Positions 22,901 to 32,500 of a stretch of 64,000 nt of DNA are shown here, piece by piece. Under the pieces are notes generated by a model. It saw only the letters and a list, made by a program, of their open reading frames with translations. It was not told where the DNA came from and did not search any database. Position 1 is the stretch's first letter; the number at the start of each line of letters is the position of its first letter. The DNA is from Macrostomum lignano (lineage: Eukaryota). Made by a program: the position numbers and the translations under genes. The stretch lies in NCBI GenBank assembly GCA_002269645.1, contig NIVC01000031.1, forward strand, positions 1,364,001 to 1,428,000, given 5' to 3'.

Positions 22901-24513
22901 GAGGACAACTGCCAGTGATATCATCAGGAAATATGTTGATGAGGGTAAGATCAATCTTAACGCACATGGCGGTGTAGTGACTGTGAGACCAAAGTTTTCT
23001 GAGGAGATGCTCGGGTGTTGACGAGGTATGTGGAAGAGAAGCCGACTGTGACCCTCAAAGAAATGCAGCAAAAGCTTGTTGCAGATTTTCCTGCTGCTCC
23101 TGCTGTATACAATGCAGGCAATCAGTTGTCAGCTTGATGGGACTTTGTGCATTACATTGGCTGTTTCTTGTCATGTAGCATCTCTGACAACAATCAAAGC
23201 ATGAAATGAAGATTTCAAGAAATTGGGCTACTTTTCCACAGACAAAATTCACTCTATTGAAAGTACTAATGCTAAACTTTTTTCACATTAATGGAAAAAT
23301 TAGAGCAAATTAGAGTTTGCTTGTTTTATTGTACTTTATAAGGTATATTTATAGAGTTTCTAAGTTGATAATACAGTTTACTAAATTATATTTGTTTTAC
23401 TCTACCTGTTTCTAGTATTTTTCCAATTTTTTAATATAATAACTATAGCTATAGGAATCTATGGAATGTGACAACAACTAGGCCTCTACCATATTTCTGT
23501 AGTCGTAGCCATAAGAGCAACTAGTTATCATAGGCATATCTGTAGCTGCTGTAGGCATCTATTTACCATATTTACTATAGGATCCCATAGCCATAGCTAC
23601 AGCTATAGTGGAACACTATTTTGAACTTTATTTTTAAGATAGGCCTATAATACTATAGCCTTAAGTACTGGCATAGGACATAAGAAATAAAATTGTTTTG
23701 GAACATAGTATATAAGGAAAAAAAACCAGAGGGATTTATTTTGGCATATACGATTACCTTCTTGACAATGATTTTTATTGAAAATTAAATTTGTAATAAA
23801 ACTATAAAATAGGCCCTACTATCGAGATCGAGGTACAAGACTTAGTAAAAGTAGTACATGAAAATTTGCATTGTAAAAACAATATAGGCCTAGTAAAATA
23901 TATAATTATTTGCCTAATTGTAATATATAAATATTCTATCCTTTGGCTTTATATTAAGTGCAAATAAACAAAGTTAAAGCTCATACATGCGCAACAGTCG
24001 GCCGAGTCGGCCGATCCGGCCGACTGATTTGGCAGCCAACCAAGGAAGTCGCAAAAAATGCCCACCCAAAAAATACCCACGCAGTAGTACTAAGTAGCTG
24101 ACGAGGCATTTTTGCCTGATAAGACACTCATAGTTACTCCCGCCGTTTACCCAAAGTTGCGTTAATTTTGCTTTAGGGTTTTTTTACATATAAGTCGCAT
24201 TTTTGGCCAAAAACTACGTCGCATTTTTGTTAAAACTAAGTCGCACGGCCGACCGAATTTTGGACGTTGCGCATGTATGTTAAAGCTAATGCTAGTTTCT
24301 TTCTAATATTATACATTATACAGTAATATGATTAAGTTCTAGATTAAGTGATTAGGTCTAAGTTTAATAAACAGAAAAAATACAGCAGACATTTTTGCTT
24401 ACCAATTTAAAACATTCTAGCGGATTATTTACATCAATACAATCGCAGTCTGTGCACAAAGTAAGCAGAGAAATAGCAGACACGATTATTAAAACACTAA
24501 ATTTCATTAGCAT
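16912..24513 (-). CDS. ERO1: ER oxidoreductin 1 (ERO1), 471 aa; exons 24513-24403, 20216-19631, 18993-18973 (21-nt microexon), 17609-16912
   Basis: Signal peptide (MLMKFSVLIIVSAISLLTLC), CFKL|LNGPVDDCAC, YFRYVRVNLKAKCPFW, shuttle cysteines CAMRHC, DLLRNPERYTGY, RLISGLHTSI, and active site RIMDCVGCDKCRLWGK. Phases 0/1/1 give 1416 nt in frame. The first exon, start codon and microexon are less certain than the two large exons. Confidence 0.92.
17760..18215. repeat. Degenerate C/A-rich 21-23-bp repeat in the last ERO1 intron
   Basis: Units CTAATCTACCCAAGAAACTCA and CATCTACCCCATGAATCTCCCT. Confidence 0.8.
19270..19490. repeat. G-rich 17-bp minisatellite in ERO1 intron 2
   Basis: Unit GGGGGAGAGGGTAAAGC, about 13 copies. 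Confidence 0.9.
20335..20870. repeat. 23-bp minisatellite in ERO1 intron 1
   Basis: Unit GGCGCTGAAATCTAGCCTCCAAT, about 23 copies. Confidence 0.93.
21220..22227 (+). mobile_element. Solo LTR (1008 bp) with 4-bp TSD, Gypsy-like, in ERO1 intron 1
   Basis: Begins TGTAG, ends ...TACAACA, flanked by ATAC (21216-21219 and 22228-22231). TATA box GGCTATAAATA near 21757. Duplicated U3-like block CTCAAGTGACGTCAGTTCTAAAAATAGAA. Confidence 0.75.
22730..23255 (+). pseudogene. Tc1/IS630-like transposase N-terminal (HTH) relic between roughly 85-bp inverted repeats
   Basis: Interrupted translation QLAIELDIKRTTASDIIRKYVDEG...TRYVEEKPTVTLKEMQQKLVADFP. The segment 22730-22818 is the reverse complement of 23165-23255. 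Confidence 0.65.
23255..23560. repeat. Dispersed AT-rich repeat; a diverged inverted copy lies at about 54050-54330
   Basis: For example TTGAAAGTACTAATGCTAAACTTTTTTCACATTAAT matches the reverse complement of ATTAATGTGAAAAAGTTCAACATTAGTACTTTCA, and CTACCATATTTCTGTAGTC matches the reverse complement of GACTACAGAAATATGGTAG. Confidence 0.7.
23982..24279. mobile_element. hAT-type MITE (298 bp) in ERO1 intron 1
   Basis: 14-bp perfect TIR CATACATGCGCAAC / GTTGCGCATGTATG and 8-bp TSD TTAAAGCT (23974-23981, 24280-24287). Confidence 0.9.
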
Positions 24514-27500
24514 ACGACTTTTGATGCAAACGAAACCTTCTGTAAGAATAGTCATCAGTAACATTGTACTGAACGTCGCGCACTGGTTAAGGTAGGGCCA
24601 GGGGTCAGTTGCTGACAGTCAACAACAATGATACCATCAACTTTTTTTAATTTATTATTAAAGGAAGATGCTGTTTTCAGACTATTATTTTCTAGATGCA
24701 CACATAGCTGTAACAGTGTTGAAGTTTCTCAATTCAATATGTAGTCAAGCTTTTATAATCGAGACGTTTGTCGGTCGTCCTGTGTAATTTTCACTTGATG
24801 AATCAACTTCTTGATGATTTCGAAATTTCAAACTTGTGTGACGATTCTTTTACAGTTTTAAATTTTTGTTTCATAGAATGAGGTAAAGATAAAACAAAGT
24901 TAGTCAACTTTTTCTATTGAGCTAAAATTTCACAAAATATTTTACCTATTTTTTATTTAAGCAACTTCTATACATGTGAGATCAACGTCAAATGCAGCCG
25001 CCACGTAGACGGCATTATCAGCACGTTCAAAATTGTCAACCTTGGAGTATATTTCGAGGAGTTGCATCACATGTATATTAGCATACATGTTCATGTATGT
25101 TGACTACAGGATCGACCATAAATGCAGTTGACTACAGTGTACATCAGTCTTACTGTACAATGTGTAAATATATGGGATTTGCAGTATATGACATCAGCAT
25201 GTATGTAGAAACGCGTGAGACAGTGCATTGCGCCAATCCCAGTACATGTAGGTGACCTGCAGTCCCGATCCAATGGGGTCCCAGGGGGCCAGGCCGGGTT
25301 AGCGGAATGGGCGCGAAGCCTCCCGACCTGCTGTATCCGAATTGCCTAGAACGCTTGTGATGAGGACGCACTTTTTTCCAAATCCCGGCCGCGCTAGCAC
25401 ATTGCATGGCTCTAAAACTTATTACTAGCCTACTAACAGTGGGCAATGGGCATTTTTATTCTTTTTCTGCGAATGGTCATAGAATCTATACTAGATATAA
25501 TGCTTGGTCATACTAGTAGTCATAATAACATAGGCGCAGCTTTTTGGGTCATAAATCATCGCTTTCGAAGCTGGTCTGACAGCCACCTGCGCCTCACTCA
25601 GTGTTGAGGCGGGCGCCAGATGGTCTGAGAGGATGCGGGCGGTAGCTTTTTTCTCATCATTTTGACAGGCCATCAAGATTTATGAGGTCAGAGCCTATTG
25701 TTCGTGTTCACTCAAGCGTGTGACAGCTTTGACAGCTATGCGTTTTACCCCTAAAAGTAATTTGGGATTAGCGATTAGTGATTTCTCTTCATTATCTTCA
25801 CTTTCTATTTAATAAGAGCTTTCTAATGTATATTTCATTAATTTTTCATTATTCATCAATTTTTGTCAACTCTACGCGAAAAGTCATAAATCATTTTGTT
25901 GCGATTTTGATTGATTTATGGCCGCACCGCATCTGTCATGTTTTTACCACCCCGAGGGAACTGATAGGATCTACCGGTCACGTGATTCTGGGTAGCAACC
26001 AGCTTAGACAATCAGAAAATTCGACGCTAATTTTAACAAATCGGCTCAGCCAATCAGAATTGACGTGTTCCATTATAACAAACTGCGGTCCAGTTGGCGG
26101 CTATTTAAACCTGTGTTTTTGGCCCGCCTGGACCAACTCCTCCTGGGACATAGCCTAGATTGAGACGTCCCGGAGCGCGACCGTCGTTTCTTGATCCCCG
26201 GATTGCGACCTCCCCCCTCATCATCAAGGACGAATTCCCCCGGTCATCAGCAAACATTAAATTAGTTAAGAGCATCACCTGCTACTATCTGCGAAGACCG
26301 TGACATCAGCACCATCCCGGGTCTACAGCTGCGAAGCACTAAGCCGATTCGGTCACTGTGGATTACCTGGTCTCCGGCTGTTGAGTTTCTGATTGGTTGG
26401 GTGAGAGGCTATAGCTGCCTAGACTTGCTTGATTGGGTGATTCCTTATCTGTCCCCTGTTTCAGTAGCTGGATTAGGCGCACACTTTTGCTCTTTTTGTT
26501 CAGTAGTGCTGTTGCTGAGGCAGAAGTCATTCAATGATACTTTTAGTAGTCTAAAACTCTAATTCAATCTGAAGTGTGAAGTGATCTGAGGAGAAGGTTA
26601 AATCTGACAGTTATTTTTATCGGTTTTATTTCTTTGTTCGCCGATGGCTCAGATGAATAGCTAAGCTAGTAGGCGCCGGTCACAGTGTACCAATGGCAAG
26701 GCAGTTCTCAGTCGATCAATCTATCAAATCAGTTAGCGAAATTGCCAATAGTGCAGAATCGGCTCCAGAGATGTACTCTGTGCACTCTATGTTAGACAAG
26801 CGGCTCGGGTGATGAATCATGCGGTCTCTGATGTTCGAGTTAGCCTATCATCAGCGCTAGGAGAGGCTGTTTGGCGCGTTAGCTACCCCATAGTCTCGCC
26901 ACTGCAAGAATCCCCTGCACAAGTCCCCTCTGTACCTGCATGGCCAATGCGATTTAGTCCCAGCAGTGTCCCTTATCATCGGCTATGACTTCGAGATTGA
27001 CAGCAAAAAGGCACTAGTTGGCAAGTAAGTGCAAAGCCCCCTTTCTAGTCGGAAGCCCGATTTCGAGAGTCCCGGTATGGTGAGCCAGAACGCACGGGCT
27101 GGTGGCAGCGAGCTAGCTAATCTGCGGATTAACTAATTTCTACCTTCAAATTCTCCCTGCTTGTCTCTCGCTGTCCCTCTCTTAGCTATAGGACCTAGAC
27201 TGCTCGCCACACGATCAAGCTACCATGGGGCTGACCATCTGACAGGAGTGGGGGGCCAGGACTCTAATTGATTTATTTCTGAGACCTGAGGCCCGAAGGC
27301 TTCCCCACAAGGGGGCCGAAAGGTCGAAACCCATCACTTGCAAGTTAATTACAATACATGTAAAGTCAAAGTAATTGTGATGGTTTGAATCAGCTCTCAC
27401 ATGTACATGTAAGTTGGAATTCTGCAGTATATGGGCCTTCACTCCAGTGGAAATTCAACGAGTAACACCGGGTAATAAACACTGATTGCGAGTTTTTCTA

Positions 27501-27989
27501 ATTTTGCTGATCTACATCAAAAACAAAATTGAAAACGCAAATACTAATTGTCGATTGAATCACTCGCTTAACATGTAGCTCGCAAATTATTCTTTATTGT
27601 TTTGTTATTAGTCACAAAATCAACCGCTATTGCGTCTACGAGCTACGGTACATGCATGTACATGTACATAACAATTGTGCGCAAGTTAAGATGCAGAGGG
27701 CAAATTTTTATTGCAAGTTATAGTACTTTAAATGATTAGTTGGGCGAATAATAATATAATTGCTGAGGTTATACACGTAATGATATTGCGCAATTTTGAT
27801 AAATTATAGCCATCATAAGAATATATCAAATCCTAAACAAAAGACGACAATCTAAATTCGGTGCATTAAGGTGAATCAATAAAAAATACATTATAAATCA
27901 ATGATTGATCAACTGAGCAATGCTAACCGACTTGACGAATATACAGCTTAAGAAACATACACTTCCTGGAGCACTAATTAACTGTACAC

Positions 27990-28270
27990 ACACAGTATGA
28001 GGAGAGAAAAGAAGGGAGAGAAGAGAGCAGATCGAGAGCTAAGAAAGAGAGGGGGAAGGGAGAGAAAGAAGGGAGACCAGACAGAAGAGAGAGGAAAGAG
28101 AAAATGATCGAGACGGAAGAGAGCACAGAGGGGAGAGAATAGGAAGAATCTCAAGAGGGGGCCCAGAGAGAGAGAGAGAGAGAGTAGAGAGAGAGAAGAG
28201 AGGTCACGGCGTGTTTAAAAAAATTTGAATGTGGGCTACCGGTTTCGAGCCTCTGGGCTCTTCGTCAGGC

Positions 28271-28334
<64 letters not shown>

Positions 28335-28350
28335 GAGAGAGAGGAGATAG
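27990..28350. repeat. GA-rich low-complexity region with (GA)n microsatellite
   Basis: Purine-only runs; long (GA)n at 28274-28335. Confidence 0.9.
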
Positions 28351-28508
28351 AGAGATTGAAAGAGTTGAGTAGAAAAGCAATTTAATTACTTTTCCGACCC
28401 CTGGATAAGAATAAATTGTTTGCAAAAATCACAGGCTATAAATTATATCCGTACGTTAAGTTTTGTGAATGACAAAAAGTACAGTTAACGATGGAGTTGC
28501 ATTTAGTC

Positions 28509-29190
28509 TCAATTCCGACGCAGATACACTTCTTTATTCAGCGTAGAAATCAAGCACGGTATTTGGCGGCCATTTGTTAGTTTTTGGACTTCGTCAATCA
28601 CTCTCGCCGTTAAGTCTAGAAGCCCTGCTCTGCGCGATCGGTCGGCGAGACAGACTTTGAGCACGGACTGGACAAACGGGCTACCAAGTTGCGAGTGCCG
28701 TTCAGACAAGCCACCCTCGGCTGTGCTGTAAAAGTACAGGCAGTCCTCCGGACTTACGATTTCAACAGCAACCTCCGGCTGCTGTGTGGCTGAAACTTGC
28801 CTGCACGATTGTACTAAAAACAGCTTAGGTTTGTTTTTGAGACCTTCCAGTTGTCGAAATCTTCTAAAGAGGTCGATCTCAAGGTTAAGATAAAAACCAT
28901 CTGACGATTCAATGTGGCCTAGATAACCGTGAGACATGACAAGCAATAGAAACACGTCGCACTCTTGAAGCTCTCTATCTTCAAAGCCGATAGACAGCAT
29001 AGACAACCTTCTGGCATTTTTCATTGTCTGAGGACTGTGAAAGCCAAGTTTAAGAAGCATATCAACCACCTTCGTGTCGTCGAGTTGTGCTCCGCCTCTC
29101 GTGGATGCGTCTGAGCCATACCCAAATCTAACATTGTTAATGACAATTGCTAAGCGTCGGTGATTGTCTGTTCTGATTTCATATCGGGGC
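28509..29190 (-). other. Caspase (peptidase C14A) domain of the fusion gene
   Basis: LAIVINN, RGGAQLD, LGF, VMSHG (His codon 28929-28931), KPKLFLVQSCRQ (Cys codon 28803-28805), YSTAEG..SER...GSPFV and QIP..ISTL.K.VYL. Confidence 0.92.
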
Positions 29191-29535
29191 GGTTCAATCG
29201 GAGATGGAGGATCGCCCTGGTTGCCCTCGCCTGAGCCGGATCCACTGCCACTTTCACCGCCGGCGTTCTGCTCGGAATTGTTGCCAGTTGCGCCGCTTCC
29301 GTTCTCATCACCACTGCCTTCTGGTGGCTGCGACGGAGGTTCGGAGATCGATGCGTCCGCGGCAAACTTTCGAATGCTTGGGAAAAAATCAACAGAAGTT
29401 TATTTCAAAGGGTTTGATTTTCGTCAGGTAGTATGTAAGTGTTTGTTTATAGTATTATTATTTGTATACTTACGAACATTGTATTATAAGAAAACAAAAT
29501 GAGACAAACCATCAACAATCAGAGAGAGAGAAAGG

Positions 29536-29576
<41 letters not shown>

Positions 29577-32500
29577 ATTCAAACCATCAACAATCAGGTT
29601 AAGGTTGATAGGTTCAGACTGGAAGCCAGTTGGAAAGCACCCAGTGGAATACAGTTTGTCGATAACCAGACAGTGAAAGTCTTCTGATATGTCGTTATGC
29701 GTGAGAAACTTACCACGTTCTAATATAATCAGCGCACTCTTGATGACCAAAAAACTCGGCAGATTGCAGTGCAGTACGCTCGTACTCGTCCACAGCCTGC
29801 CAGTCTTCAAGGTGTTTTAGAAATGGTGTGAGCTTTACTATCACACTCTTGTGACCTCGTCTGGCTGCCCAAATTAGTGGCGTTGCTATGCCAGAGAGTG
29901 AACCGAAACTAGAAGTTTCTGCATTGTCGCTTCCTATGCCAGGAGCTGCACTGGCGCCATTTTGAAGCAGTAAGTCCACAATATTCACTCGACCACACCG
30001 GCACGCATGCGTCAGTGCGGTGCTGCGGACCAGATCCTGCAAGTTGAGGTAAATATATAGGAATAATAACTACTAAACTAGCCTAACAAATAACTCTACC
30101 TTTATCAACTTATATTTACCATTTTGTTTAGATCAATGGAAGGCTGTTTAGCCATTAAATCCACCACTCGATCATGGCCTTCAACTACGGCTAGCATCAG
30201 AGGTGTTAGGCCGCTGTTATCCACTCGATTGATAATTGATGAAGGTGAGGATGCAGTGGCTTGAAGCAGCTGCGCAAAAATTTCGAGCCGTCCACGTTTA
30301 CAAGCCCACCACAGGGCAGTTCGACCGAAGACATCAACAGGCTGGTCAGACACAATTGAAGTGGCTGCAGCACCCGACAGCAGAGCTTCAAGACATGCGA
30401 CGCTGTTTCGCTTGACAGCTATCGTTAGCAGGGTTTCGTCGAACGGCTCGAACTGGCGTTGATGGGCCAGCGGTTCGTTGTGACCGGCGAGTCGTTGGCA
30501 GCGAAGCAGTAGGTACTCTTCGGACCAGTCGTTTGGATACCTGCGAAAATTCGAATGAAGGAGCTCAATTAGTTTTTTTTCAAATTAGTATAATTTTTGT
30601 TGGTTTCGAGAGTGGCTGATAAGTATACTCAACAACAGCTAAATTGCCCCTTACTCAATGCAAAGTGTTAGAAAGCATGTGAAAGAATTATGAGCATTCA
30701 AAAGGGCCGTCACTCGTTACGTCACCCTATGATAAGGAACCGGTTGTCGAACTCTTGGGCCAAACCAGTATAACAAATGTTCAGCGTTCTGAGAGGCATT
30801 CTGCTAAATTCTTTTCTTTATGAAATCCAAATCATGCTCGATGAAGTTCATCTTGGGAGGACTTCACGGTCCAGTTAAGATGGGGTACCTTCAAACTCTA
30901 CCTAAATCGAAAAAGACATTGTTTAACTTCCTGTGCCACGTGACAGCATGAGTTACATGAACATGGGGTTAAGACAAGGGGATTATTTCTTGCTGACGAC
31001 TATAGCTACAGAGTGGCGAATCAGATATCCATAATGTTTCCGACTTTCGTACCGAAGTGTGCAATACCTGGATCGGTTCGCGCATGTACATATACAGTAT
31101 GTGATTTTTTTTACTTATACATGTAAATGTAGCACAAAACTAAATGTGGCTATTAACACGAACTCACTCAATTCGGTTCTCATCGGCAACTTCAATTGCA
31201 ACTCGCGCTCCGTCTTCAAAAATCGCAGATTTGCCAATGCAGAAGTCCGTATGCTGTTTATAGTTGCTGTAGTGAGCCAAAGCTAGCAATTCAAGATAGT
31301 CGAAATCCGTCTGCATAGCCGCAAACCAGCTGTCCAACCTGTGATTGGAAACAATTTCGGCTTGCAGACTCCAGCACAGGCAGCGGAAATTCACATAAAG
31401 ATGTGTAGAGACCTTATTTGTCCTTTGAAACGAGAATAAGGATTGAGTGAATGTCGGAAGATAATGAAACTTGGGCTCTTCGTCAAACGGCAAACAGAAT
31501 TGGTAGTGTTGATTCTCAAAGTTTTCGATTCTATTTTCTTCCAACCATCTTGTCCATCGGATTAACACTCTCTCAGCCTCCTTGAACTTGTTCGCTCTCA
31601 AGGAAAGCATCACATTCAGACAGGTGCTAACACAGACGCACGATTCTGGCAAAGTTGACACGCAACGCATCAGCTTCTCTTCGCTACCGAAGTCTTCCTT
31701 CGATTCTAACAGCTTCAAGCATTGAAAAACAAAGTTGAAAATTTTTACTGGATGCTCGAAATTCGGTAGGTTGCCTGTCGGGATGATCATCTCTGACGGG
31801 CGCATTAGAGGCAGCAGAGTGAAGAGATTACAGCGAAATTCAGCCGGTCGAACGCACTCGACAATCATGCTAACAACTGCTTCGATTTCCCCAACGAATT
31901 CTTGAAGTAGCTGCCTAACCTTTTCTTTGGTGCGCTGAAAGTCGCCTCCAAGACCGGCATTTCGGAATTGAAGCATCACATCCGGTATGAAGAAGTGCGG
32001 CATGCAGATGTCCGATGAAGCATTAGAATCAAAGAACTGCAGCATCAAACTGAGCGACTCTTGTAGTAGCTGGATCAAGTGCGTAGGCTGCCAGCATTCG
32101 ATATTGAGCCTGTGCTTCTCCATCATGTGAAATAGCAGCGTCTTCGCGTGATAGCTGCTCAAGCCAGTAGTTGAGAATCGATTTGGCAGCAGTTCTACAA
32201 AAATGAATTTGATCAAGACGAATAGCTGGCCCTGAACTGTGCACAGGGACTGCATAATTTTCCTTTCCTGATTGCTAAAGCTGATCTGTAGCTCTCTAGT
32301 TGAGCTGGTTGCAATCGTTCTGATCAGGTGCACAGGCTCCGCGCTTGCTGCCGGCAGGAGCAAGCGGACTCGATCCGCACGATAGCAGCTACAACAGCGG
32401 AAGGCGTGACATGTTGTCTGTTGCGGCCGGGTGCTGCAGCCTTTTGTTACGATGGGAACTTGGCCTGAAAATTAATGGTGGGTGGTAATATGATGGAAAA

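Noticed and set aside
25230-25700. Possible DIRS tyrosine-recombinase fragment on the minus strand
   Set aside because: Only vague resemblance, many stops, and no convincing catalytic R-H-R-Y pattern.
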